Positions 19,103-27,166 of a stretch of DNA of 64,000 nt are shown in pieces. The DNA lies in NCBI GenBank assembly GCA_016234925.1, contig JACRNI010000011.1:2666-66665 (forward strand). The letters are read 5' to 3'. The position numbers and the translations under genes were made by a program. This DNA comes from Deltaproteobacteria bacterium. Lineage in GTDB: Bacteria; Desulfobacterota; GWC2-55-46; UBA9637; GWC2-42-11. The notes beneath the pieces are model-generated. The model searched no databases and was not told the DNA's origin. It saw only the letters and a program-made list of their open reading frames with translations. Numbering within the stretch: position 1 is the stretch's first letter; every line of letters starts with the position of its first letter.

Positions 19103-20011
19103 CGAATTTTCATGCACCCTTTCGCATGTATCAGGCAAAATAACCACAATAAGTTTCCCTTTGGAATCAGTTCTTTTTGCAATATCCAGCGCAGCAAAAA
19201 CTGCTGCGCCTGATGATATACCGCAGAGAATGCCCTCTTCCTTTATCATCCTTTTTGTCATATTTAATGCATCCTCATCTGAAACCTGCATCACCTCATC
19301 TATAATAGATATATTAAGTATTTGAGGCACAAATCCAGCGCCTATGCCGGAAATCTTATGCGCCCCTGCCTGACCGCCTGAAAGAACAGGAGATTTTTTT
19401 GGTTCAACTGCAATCGCCTTAAAACACGGCTTTCTCTTTTTAATAACCTCTCCAATACCTGTGATTGTGCCTCCTGTTCCAATACCTGCCACCAAAATAT
19501 CAACCTTTCCGTCAGTATCATTCCAGATTTCCTCTGCTGTAGTCCTTTTGTGAATATCAGGATTTGCAGGATTCTTAAACTGCTGAGGTATATATGAATT
19601 TGAAACCTTTTTTGAAATTTCCTCTGCCTTCAAAATAGCGCCCTTCATGCCTTCTGACGCAGGTGTCAAAACAACCTCTGCGCCAAACATCTTAAGAAGA
19701 GAGAGCCTTTCAATGTCAACAGTTTCAGGCATTGTAAGAATCAACTTATAACCTCTTGCAGCGCAAACAAATGCAAGCGCAATGCCTGTATTTCCTGATG
19801 TCGGCTCAATAATCGTTGTATTATTATTTATTAACCCTGCCCTCTCGCCTGCCTCAATCATACTTACAGCAATCCTGTCTTTGACGCTGTTTAAAGGATT
19901 AAATGACTCCAGTTTTGCGGCAACCTCCGCCTTTATACCCTTTGTCACCCTGTTCAATCTGACAAGCGGTGTATTGCCTATTGTCTCTGTGATGTCGTTA
20001 AATATCCGCAT
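19073..20011 (-). CDS. cysK: Cysteine synthase A (O-acetylserine sulfhydrylase)
   Basis: 312 aa; SVKDRIA PLP-lysine motif, [17 protein letters not shown]-terminal 13 residues are encoded by the REP-like element. Confidence 0.85.
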   Translation of the reverse strand: MRIFNDITETIGNTPLVRLNRVTKGIKAEVAAKLESFNPLNSVKDRIAVSMIEAGERAGLINNNTTIIEPTSGNTGIALAFVCAARGYKLILTMPETVDIERLSLLKMFGAEVVLTPASEGMKGAILKAEEISKKVSNSYIPQQFKNPANPDIHKRTTAEEIWNDTDGKVDILVAGIGTGGTITGIGEVIKKRKPCFKAIAVEPKKSPVLSGGQAGAHKISGIGAGFVPQILNISIIDEVMQVSDEDALNMTKRMIKEEGILCGISSGAAVFAALDIAKRTDSKGKLIVVILPDTCERVHENSVAAGFSLRR

Positions 20012-20018
20012 CTGAAAA

Positions 20019-20100
20019 TAGGGTTCAAGGATTCTAGTGGTCTAGGGTTCGAGTGAAAAAATAAACACTTGAACCCTTGAATCCTCTACCCCTTGACTCC
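20019..20100. repeat. Word-hairpin element (GGTTCAAGG words) between NIL gene and cysK
   Basis: GGGTTCAAGGATTCTAGTGGTCTAGGGTTCGAGTG-AAAAAATAAACA-CTTGAACCCTTGAATCCTCTACCCCTTGACTCC. Confidence 0.5.
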
Positions 20101-20227
20101 TTAAAATCACTACAACTATCCTGATAACAAACCATATTTCTATAATACTTTATCTAATATATCAACAAATACCCAACGCCTGCAAATATTTCTTTACAAT
20201 AAAGATAAAGAAATATTTCAAAAAATT

Positions 20228-20464
20228 TTATTCTATTATATCAAGTTCAATAGGCTCTACCTTTACGCCTTTTTCAATAAAATAATTTATTGCCTTTTCT
20301 ATTTCCTGTGGTTCTCCGTCCAGTTCAAGCGCAACAAGACCAATGCTTTCGGAAACAGTCGCCTGTCTTATGTTTGTTACAACCTTATACAGTTTTCCAG
20401 CCTGATAAATAAGCGGCTCTTTTATCAATTCTTTTGGAAATGTAAGGTAAAATCTCTTTTTCAA
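20228..20464 (-). CDS. Small NIL-domain-like protein (MetO/MA1822-like ferredoxin-fold partner of sulfur-carrier pathways)
   Basis: 78 aa; pattern LTFP...EPLIYQ...LVALELDGEPQEIEKAINYFIEKGVKVEPI resembles NIL domains. Starts at a TTG overlapping the carrier stop (ATGTTTTGA). Confidence 0.4.
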   Translation of the reverse strand: MKKRFYLTFPKELIKEPLIYQAGKLYKVVTNIRQATVSESIGLVALELDGEPQEIEKAINYFIEKGVKVEPIELDIIE

Positions 20465-20742
20465 AACATCCCTCCGGCAATTGCAGGGATGATTGAAATC
20501 TCATCCCCATCCTTTAATTCTGTATCAATGCTGTTTTTAAACCTTATGTCCTCATCATTGACATAGATGTTCACAAAGCGTCTTATCTTGCCGTCATCTT
20601 CACAAATCCTTTCTTTAAGACCGGGGTATTGTTTTTCAATATCATTTATAAGGTCTTTAATATTTTTACCCCCTCCTTCTACTTCATCCTTGCCATTCGT
20701 AAGTTTCCTGAGCGGTGTTGGAATTCTGACTTTAATTGCCAT
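20461..20742 (-). CDS. ThiS/MoaD/CysO-like sulfur carrier with C-terminal GG followed by a 2-residue extension (…AIAGG-MF)
   Basis: 93 aa; beta-grasp-like pattern and terminal IIPAIAGGMF. The extension implies a need for proteolytic exposure of the GG, with the JAMM protease nearby. Confidence 0.65.
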   Translation of the reverse strand: MAIKVRIPTPLRKLTNGKDEVEGGGKNIKDLINDIEKQYPGLKERICEDDGKIRRFVNIYVNDEDIRFKNSIDTELKDGDEISIIPAIAGGMF

Positions 20743-20810
20743 TGTTGCCCTCCGTCAATATTAGTTTCACATTGAAAGTCTTGTCTATTACATCTTACAT
20801 TTCTCACATC

Positions 20811-21062
20811 TTACCGTTTTTCTATCTTCAACCTAAAATGATCGCCTTCTTTTTTGACCTCAACAATCTTATGTCCTTCTTCCTTGATGCTCTTTGGGAC
20901 ATTCTGAATCGGCTCGCCGTCATCTATAACAATCTCTAACACCTGACCTTTTTCCATCATCTCCAACTGCAATTTTGTTTTAACAAAATTTATAGGACAT
21001 AGAACATTTCTTAAATCAAGTGATTTGTCAGCCTTAATATCCATTTCATTTTGCTCCTGCAA
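20811..21062 (-). CDS. TusA/SirA-like sulfurtransferase
   Basis: 83 aa; LDLRNVLCPINF resembles the TusA CPxP motif region; overlaps sulfite reductase stop. Confidence 0.6.
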   Translation of the reverse strand: MQEQNEMDIKADKSLDLRNVLCPINFVKTKLQLEMMEKGQVLEIVIDDGEPIQNVPKSIKEEGHKIVEVKKEGDHFRLKIEKR

Positions 21063-22002
21063 CTATCTCGCCGCTCTTAAATGCGCCTGTCATAAACTTC
21101 ATATAACTTTCAACGCCAACCCTGTCAATGGTTGAACCAATCCTCTCGCCCCTTTTGCCATTCTCTTTATACCATTCAATGGTCTTTTGTATGACATCTG
21201 ACACCTTATCATCAGGAATAAATACCGCCGCCTCATTTGCCTCTCTCGGATGTCTGCCGTGCTTGCCGCCTACCCTTACAAAATGCCCGTATCTCTTTGC
21301 CTTCCATGACTCTGTCGGGCACGCCCTTATGCAGTCCCCGCAGTATATGCACTTTTCTGCATCATATATCGGTTTGCCTGTCTCCTGATGAGATACAATA
21401 GCGCCTTCTTTGCAAGCCCTTGAGCATATTGTGCATCCTGTGCATGTGTCCTCATCCCATATCGGCTCAACAACGCCCTGAAAACCCAAATCAGCCTCAC
21501 GGGTCCTTGCGCAGTCAATCGGACAGCCTGAAAATGACATCTTAAACTTATGATGCGTTGGAGTGCCGAAGAATTTTTCATCAACCATCTCTGCCATCTT
21601 CTGCGTATCTGTAAGACCATTTGGATTATATTCGCACCCGCCGCATGCAGTGGGCACCCTCACCCTTGGCCCGCATGACGCAACCTTGTGGTCAACCTTT
21701 GCCAAATCCGAGGTCAGATTATCAAAGTCCTTGTAATCAACATACAGAATCTCCAATGACTGCCTGAAACTTAAATGAACAACCCCTTTTTTGCTGTATT
21801 TATCAGCAATCTTCGCAAGTTCAATGAGTTTTTTTGTTGTGAGCCTTCCGCCGGGACAGCGCAGCCTTACTGTAAATAAATCCTTTTGCCTCTGCTTTAT
21901 AAAACCGCCGGACTTTAGCTCATTAAAGTCAACCTTAACCTCCTGTCCCTCTTTTTTAACAGGCACACGGGTTATCTTATCCTCTATAAAATGGTCAGCC
22001 AT
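21046..22002 (-). CDS. Small siroheme-[4Fe-4S] sulfite reductase with embedded 2x[4Fe-4S] ferredoxin domain (AsrC/assimilatory low-MW type)
   Basis: 318 aa; nitrite/sulfite reductase cysteines (ACGGCEYN, SFSGCPIDCA) plus ferredoxin motifs CTGCTICSRAC and CIYCGDCIRACP. Confidence 0.7.
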   Translation of the reverse strand: MADHFIEDKITRVPVKKEGQEVKVDFNELKSGGFIKQRQKDLFTVRLRCPGGRLTTKKLIELAKIADKYSKKGVVHLSFRQSLEILYVDYKDFDNLTSDLAKVDHKVASCGPRVRVPTACGGCEYNPNGLTDTQKMAEMVDEKFFGTPTHHKFKMSFSGCPIDCARTREADLGFQGVVEPIWDEDTCTGCTICSRACKEGAIVSHQETGKPIYDAEKCIYCGDCIRACPTESWKAKRYGHFVRVGGKHGRHPREANEAAVFIPDDKVSDVIQKTIEWYKENGKRGERIGSTIDRVGVESYMKFMTGAFKSGEIVAGAK

Positions 22003-22059
22003 TCATTATCTCCTGTTTGCCAGTAGCCTACTATATCTCAAAACTCTTTTTCAAGGTTT

Positions 22060-23313
22060 TTATGCCTTCACAGCATAGACCTTGCCTTCTTTTGCCACAA
22101 GTTCATCAAATTCAGCAAGCCTTGCATTGATTGTTCTTGGCGCCCCAATCCTTCCAACAAGCGCCTCCTGTGTCTTTAACCCATTGCCTGTTATAGACAC
22201 AACTATTGACTCATCTTTTGGTATCCTTCCCTGCTCAATCAATTTCTTTGCAACGGCTAAAGTTACACCGCCTGCTGTTTCAGCGAATATACCTTCTGTC
22301 TCAGCCAGAAGTTTCATTGCATCAATAATCTCTTCATCAGACACATCCTCGCCCCATCCGTTGCTCTCCCTCATAACCTTTGCTGAATAAAACCCGTCCG
22401 CAGGGTTTCCTATTGCAAGGGACTTTGCAATGGTCTTTGGCTTTACAGGCTTTATAAGTTCTGTGCCTTCTTTAACCGCTGTGGTAATAGGCGAGCAGCC
22501 TGTTGCCTGCGCGCCGTATACCTTTGTATTTAAACTGTCAACAAGCCCGAGTTTATGAAACTCCTTGAATGACTTCCAGATTTTTGTGATAAGCGAACCC
22601 CCTGCCATAGGCACAACAATATGTTTTGGAAGTTTCCACCCTAACTGCTCTGCAATCTCGTAGCCAAACGCCTTTGACCCCTCTGCATAGTAAGGTCTTA
22701 TATTTATATTAACAAATGCCCATCCGTATTTGCCTGCAATCTCGCTGCACAAACGGTTGACCTCATCATAATTTCCCTTTATTGCAATGACATTTGTGCC
22801 GTAAACAAGCGTCCCCATTACCTTTGTCTGCTCAAGGTCATGCGGGATAAAAACATAACTTTCCATGCCGCAGGCAGCGGCATTTGCAGCAACTGAATTC
22901 GCAAGGTTTCCTGTTGACGCGCATGCAACGATCTTGAAATCAAACTCTATTGCCTTTGATATTGCGACAGCAACAACCCTGTCTTTGAAAGAAAGCGTCG
23001 GATAATTAACAGCATCATTTTTTAAATACAATTCTTGGACGCCCAAAACCTTTTCAAGATTCTTTGCCCTTACAAGCGGTGTAAACCCGACATCCAAGCC
23101 AACCTTCGGTTCGCCGTCGATTGGAAGGAGTTCCTTGTATCTCCACATATTCGGCGGTCTTTTTGATATGATGTCTCTTGTTAAAGATTTCTTGATTTTT
23201 TCATAATCATAATTGACCTCAAGGGGACCAAAGCAATACTCGCACACATGGAGAGCCTCTTTTGGATACTCCTTGCCGCATTCCCTGCATTTAAGACCTT
23301 TTACATAACTCAT
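22060..23313 (-). CDS. thrC: Threonine synthase family PLP enzyme. Annotated by homology as ThrC, but placed behind a SAM riboswitch in a sulfur operon, so it may be a MetM-like homocysteine synthase.
   Basis: 417 aa; N-terminal Zn-ribbon CRECG...CEYC, PLP lysine FKDR, long ThrC-type fold. Confidence 0.75.
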   Translation of the reverse strand: MSYVKGLKCRECGKEYPKEALHVCEYCFGPLEVNYDYEKIKKSLTRDIISKRPPNMWRYKELLPIDGEPKVGLDVGFTPLVRAKNLEKVLGVQELYLKNDAVNYPTLSFKDRVVAVAISKAIEFDFKIVACASTGNLANSVAANAAACGMESYVFIPHDLEQTKVMGTLVYGTNVIAIKGNYDEVNRLCSEIAGKYGWAFVNINIRPYYAEGSKAFGYEIAEQLGWKLPKHIVVPMAGGSLITKIWKSFKEFHKLGLVDSLNTKVYGAQATGCSPITTAVKEGTELIKPVKPKTIAKSLAIGNPADGFYSAKVMRESNGWGEDVSDEEIIDAMKLLAETEGIFAETAGGVTLAVAKKLIEQGRIPKDESIVVSITGNGLKTQEALVGRIGAPRTINARLAEFDELVAKEGKVYAVKA

Positions 23314-23343
23314 ATTTTCACCTCTGTAACGGCTTTGTAAAAA

Positions 23344-23395
23344 GTAGCCGCAACCTTTAGGTTGCGTTATTTCGCAGGCTAAAGCCTGCGGCTAC
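23344..23395. repeat. REP-like two-hairpin element in the 5' leader of the thrC-like gene
   Basis: GTAGCCGCAACCTTTAGGTTGCGTTATTTCGCAGGCTAAAGCCTGCGGCTAC. Confidence 0.65.
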
Positions 23396-23428
23396 CTACT
23401 TTGCCGTTTTTATAGACTTTTATTTGCA

Positions 23429-23470
23429 ATAAAAAAGCCCCTTCTTGAAATTAAGAAGAGGCTTTTATTT
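23429..23470 (-). terminator. Rho-independent terminator/attenuator (expression platform of the SAM riboswitch)
   Basis: Minus-strand AAAAGCCTCTTCTTAATTTCAAGAAGGGGCTTTTTT: GC-rich stem followed by a U-tract, between riboswitch and start codon. Confidence 0.65.
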
Positions 23471-23475
23471 CCTAA

Positions 23476-23596
23476 TCTTATCTTTCAAGGCTTAAACTAA
23501 AAAACCTTGATGGAGTTAGCACCTAGTCATCCTGCATTTGCAGGATCGGTTGCTGTGGTTTCACAGGGCCATTCCCTCCGCCACTCTGGATAAGCA
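23476..23596 (-). promoter_or_regulatory. SAM-I (S-box) riboswitch
   Basis: Minus-strand CUUAUCCAGAGUGGCGGAGGGAAUGGCCCUGUGAAACCACAGCAACC ... GGUGCUAACUCC ... GAAAGAUAAG matches the S-box consensus (CUUAUCaAGAG-GG-GGAGGGA-GGCCC-UGAA-CC-GCAACC, GGUGCcAAuuCC, P1 closing AGAUAAG). Confidence 0.85.
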
Positions 23597-23747
23597 ATAT
23601 CCATATTAAATTGTTGTAATATTTATAATATGAACAAATGTGCGTTGTCAAGGATAAATTTAATACTTATACACTGCCTTGACAATCAATCCCTTTTGTC
23701 ATACCCTTTTTAACATTAAAAGCTTGTTGAAAAACTCAACAATCTCT

Positions 23748-23830
23748 GATTACGCAGATAAAGGATTAGATTACACCGATTAAAACTCCTTGAAATATCT
23801 GTGTAATCATTTTTTCTAATCTGTGTAATC
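23748..23830. repeat. MITE-like family 3 solo-end copy (GATTACGCAGAT ... ATCTGTGTAATC tandem termini without core)
   Basis: GATTACGCAGATAAAGGATTAGATTACACCGAT ... ATCTGTGTAATCATTTTTTCTAATCTGTGTAATC just upstream of nadB. Confidence 0.55.
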
Positions 23831-23880
23831 AAGGCTGTTGATGACTTTTTTAACAGCCTGTTAGAACAAGAGGCAATTTA

Positions 23881-25488
23881 ATGGAGATTAAAACAGATTT
23901 TCTAGTCATAGGCAGCGGTATTGCAGGACTGACCTTTGCATTAAAGGCTGCAAGATACGGAAGCGTCTCAATTGTCACAAAAAAAGAAAAGACGGAATCA
24001 GCAACCTTTTATGCGCAGGGAGGCATTGCATCTGTTTTAAGCAAAGAGGATACTTTTGAAAATCATATAAGAGACACTATAGAGGCTGGCTGCGGGCTGT
24101 GTCATCCTGATATTGTTGAACTTGTTGTAAAAGACGGCCCTGAAATGATACATGAATTGATGCAGTTCGGCGCAAGGTTCACAATGAGAACCAACCACGG
24201 CGAAACTGAACTTGACCTTGGCAAAGAAGGCGGACATTCAAAAAGAAGGATTGTCCATGCGGCAGATTTTACAGGCAGAGAAATAGAAGAGGCGCTGCTT
24301 CGGGCAGCAGATGCTGAAAAAAATATTGCCATCTATGAAAATCATATAGCAATAGACCTCATCACACATTCAAAGTTTATAGAAAAGATTGAAAAAGACA
24401 TATGCCTCGGCGCATATGTCCTTGATAAAAACACAGGCAAAATCCATACATTTTTGGCAAAGGCAGTAATCCTTGCAACAGGCGGCACTGGAAAGGTTTA
24501 TTTGTTCACAAGCAATCCTGATGTTGCAACAGGGGACGGAATTGCCATTGGCTACAGGGCAGGGGCGACGATTGCAAATATGGAGTTTATACAATTTCAT
24601 CCAACCTGTTTGTACCATTCAAAGGCAAAAAATTTCCTAATATCAGAGGCAGTGCGGGGCGAGGGCGGCATACTGCGGCTTAAAGACGGCGCAAGATTTA
24701 TGGAAAGATGCCACCCGATGAAAGAACTTGCGCCAAGGGATGTCGTCGCAAGGGCGATAGATTTTGAACTCAAAAAAAGCGGCGATGACTGTGTTTATCT
24801 TGATATAACCCACAAAGACCCGCAGTTTGTCAAAGACAGATTCCCCAATATCTATGAAAGATGCCTCTCATTCGGCTATGACATGACAAAAGAGCCGCTC
24901 CCCGTAGTGCCTGCCGCGCACTATGTATGCGGCGGCATACAAACCGACAGTTTCGGCGAGACAAGCATAAAAAGACTTTTTGCAATCGGCGAGGTCGCAT
25001 GCACAGGCCTGCACGGCGCAAACAGACTCGCATCAAATTCACTCCTTGAAGGCATGGTCTTTGCAAACAGGACATTTATAAAGGCAAAAGAAATAGCAAT
25101 GGATAAGACGATTGCAATCCCGAGAATACCTGAATGGCAGGCAGGCGGCGCAGTTGACAGCGATGAGGCTGTTGTGATTTCACAAAACTGGGATGAGATA
25201 AGGCGCACGATGTGGAATTATGTCAGCATAGTCCGTTCAAACAAAAGGCTTGAAAGGGCAAAACACAGGATAGACATGCTCCAGAAGGAGATAAATGACT
25301 ACTATTGGAATTTTGTTGTAACAAATAATCTCATCGAACTGCGAAACATTGCAACGGTTGCAGATTTAATAATAAGGTGCGCTATGAAAAGAAAAGAGAG
25401 CAGAGGACTGCACTATAATATTGACTACCCTGAAAAAGATGACAAGAACTGGAAGGTTGATACGATTATAAGGAAGGAGATAATATGA
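23881..25488 (+). CDS. nadB: L-aspartate oxidase
   Basis: 535 aa; FAD fingerprint DFLVIGSGIAGLTFAL and succinate-dehydrogenase/fumarate-reductase flavoprotein fold motifs (RLASNSLLEG). Confidence 0.9.
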   Translation: MEIKTDFLVIGSGIAGLTFALKAARYGSVSIVTKKEKTESATFYAQGGIASVLSKEDTFENHIRDTIEAGCGLCHPDIVELVVKDGPEMIHELMQFGARFTMRTNHGETELDLGKEGGHSKRRIVHAADFTGREIEEALLRAADAEKNIAIYENHIAIDLITHSKFIEKIEKDICLGAYVLDKNTGKIHTFLAKAVILATGGTGKVYLFTSNPDVATGDGIAIGYRAGATIANMEFIQFHPTCLYHSKAKNFLISEAVRGEGGILRLKDGARFMERCHPMKELAPRDVVARAIDFELKKSGDDCVYLDITHKDPQFVKDRFPNIYERCLSFGYDMTKEPLPVVPAAHYVCGGIQTDSFGETSIKRLFAIGEVACTGLHGANRLASNSLLEGMVFANRTFIKAKEIAMDKTIAIPRIPEWQAGGAVDSDEAVVISQNWDEIRRTMWNYVSIVRSNKRLERAKHRIDMLQKEINDYYWNFVVTNNLIELRNIATVADLIIRCAMKRKESRGLHYNIDYPEKDDKNWKVDTIIRKEII

Positions 25489-25657
25489 TTACGCAGATTT
25501 TGAAATGCGATTACACAGATGACAACTTGTTGTCATTGCGAAGGAGCGTAAGCGACTGCGGCAATCCCAAGAGATTGCTTCGGCGACCCATCCTTCGGAT
25601 GGGTGCCCCCCTCGCAATGACAAGTGAGGGTGATCGGAATGACATTTCTGTGTAATC
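25487..25657 (-). repeat. MITE-like family 3 copy (reverse orientation relative to 4542-4692) carrying a nested UUCG-hairpin element
   Basis: Termini GATTACGCAGAT...GATTACACAGAT / TCTGTGTAATC; core GTCATTGCGAAGGAGCGTAAGCGACTGCGGCAATCCCAAGAGATTGCTTCGGCG; nested GACCCATCCTTCGGATGGGTGCCCC. Confidence 0.65.
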
Positions 25658-25680
25658 AATTTCTTTCATAGGAGTAAGCA

Positions 25681-26094
25681 ATGAAGGCGCACACGGAATA
25701 TCTTTTTTTTGAAACAAAGAAGAAAAGGGAATACATAAATATCACAGATAAGATTGAAGGCATTGTAGAAAAAAGCAGGGTCAAAGAAGGCATGGTTTTG
25801 GTCTCTGCAATGCATATAACAGCAGGTATTTATGTAAATGACGCAGAATCAGGATTGATTCAAGACATAGACGAATGGCTTGAAAAACTTGCGCCTTTTA
25901 ATATCAATTATAGACATCACAGGACCGGCGAAACAAACGGCGATGCGCATCTAAAAAACCTGCTCATAGGACATGAGGTGATTATCCCTGTAACAAATGG
26001 AAAATTAGACTTTGGCCCATGGCAGCAGGTCTATTACGCAGAATTTGACGGACAGAGGAAAAAGAGGGTTGTAGTCAAGGTGATGGGGGGGTAA
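25681..26094 (+). CDS. YjbQ/UPF0047 family protein (secondary thiamine-phosphate synthase-like)
   Basis: 137 aa; conserved YjbQ pattern [50 protein letters not shown]. Confidence 0.8.
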   Translation: MKAHTEYLFFETKKKREYINITDKIEGIVEKSRVKEGMVLVSAMHITAGIYVNDAESGLIQDIDEWLEKLAPFNINYRHHRTGETNGDAHLKNLLIGHEVIIPVTNGKLDFGPWQQVYYAEFDGQRKKRVVVKVMGG

Positions 26095-26104
26095 TATCTT
26101 TAAC

Positions 26105-26238
26105 TATACAGAGCGTCATAACTTTGCATACCTGCGTATTGAGGCAGGGATTAGGGTTTAGTAGTTAGGGGTTAGTAAAAAAACTAATCCCTAATCCCTA
26201 ACACCTGTATTCTAACTTTGTTCTGACGCTCTGTATGC
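26105..26238 (+). repeat. MITE-like family 2 copy (TIR ATACAGAGCGTCA / TGACGCTCTGTAT) with internal GGGATTAGGG word hairpin
   Basis: ATACAGAGCGTCATAACTTTGCATACCTGCGT ... TTGTTCTGACGCTCTGTATGC. Confidence 0.7.
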
Positions 26239-26246
26239 TGTTCTAC

Positions 26247-27095
26247 TTATGACGCTATATATAATAACCCGCTTATTGCATCCCTTACCATCCCAATATC
26301 AACCCCTGTTCCAACGCAGTAACCCTGCGGCCTTTTATTAACTATGCCCAGCACCGGCAGTGGATATGCGTCCTGAATCCCGCTTGTCAAATCTCTCTCA
26401 CATGCAACAGCAACAATCACATCAGGTCTTTTTTCATAAACCTTTCTCCTTGCAATTGTGCCGCCTGTCGAGATGTATATGTCTATGCCGTATTCGTCCA
26501 TTATGCCAAGCAAATCCTTTATCTCGCACTTTCCGCATTCCTTGCAGTTCCTTATATCCTGCGTAACCTTGATTTTGCAGTCTACATACTGTATGCAGTG
26601 CGGCATGAGTATCATAATCTTTTCAGGTTTAACCAACTTGCCCATGCCTCTGACAAGTTGATTGTTGATTTCTATAAATGACTGCTCTATCTTGATTTTT
26701 GGTATCTTTAAGAGCCCGCCGAGCATTATCATCAAAGGCAGAAAGAATTTTATCAAGATGCCTCTGAATTTGTATGAATGAAATATGTCTTTGCCATTTG
26801 CTACGGCAATGGTTAATGCAAATGCGCCGACAACAAGAAATATGATTGCTGATAAAACAGCGATGCCGAAGATAAGCGGAAGTTTAGGATGTATATTGCC
26901 GAGCCCGACAGACGGGATATACCAGAATAAAAAACCGGCAACTAAAACTATGAAGGCGCAAAATGCAAGGAGACCGATGAATATCCCTTTTGCAGGACGA
27001 TAAGGGATGCTCTCTGCGCTGCCCGCCCACTCTGCCTCTTTGTCAATTAAGGATTTATTTTTTGCCATATTTAATACCACATTATCAGACGGCAA
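26247..27095 (-). CDS. DUF116-like membrane protein with C-terminal cysteine-rich domain
   Basis: 282 aa; N-terminal TM helices, then CIQYVDC ... CKECGKC ... VAVACE cysteine pattern. Confidence 0.45.
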   Translation of the reverse strand: MPSDNVVLNMAKNKSLIDKEAEWAGSAESIPYRPAKGIFIGLLAFCAFIVLVAGFLFWYIPSVGLGNIHPKLPLIFGIAVLSAIIFLVVGAFALTIAVANGKDIFHSYKFRGILIKFFLPLMIMLGGLLKIPKIKIEQSFIEINNQLVRGMGKLVKPEKIMILMPHCIQYVDCKIKVTQDIRNCKECGKCEIKDLLGIMDEYGIDIYISTGGTIARRKVYEKRPDVIVAVACERDLTSGIQDAYPLPVLGIVNKRPQGYCVGTGVDIGMVRDAISGLLYIAS

Positions 27096-27097
27096 AG

Positions 27098-27152
27098 TAG
27101 GCAGCCGCAGGCTTTAGCCTGCGAAATAACGCAACCTAAAGGTTGCGGCTAC
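27098..27152. repeat. REP-like two-hairpin element (opposite orientation)
   Basis: GTAGGCAGCCGCAGGCTTTAGCCTGCGAAATAACGCAACCTAAAGGTTGCGGCTAC. Confidence 0.65.
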
Positions 27153-27166
27153 TTTTTACAAAGCCG

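Noticed and set aside
23500-23590. First suspected an SRP/4.5S or 6S-like small RNA because of the GC-rich structured stretch upstream of the thrC-like gene
   Set aside because: No match to the SRP domain IV consensus. On the minus strand it aligns convincingly to the SAM-I riboswitch consensus instead, so it is called as a riboswitch.
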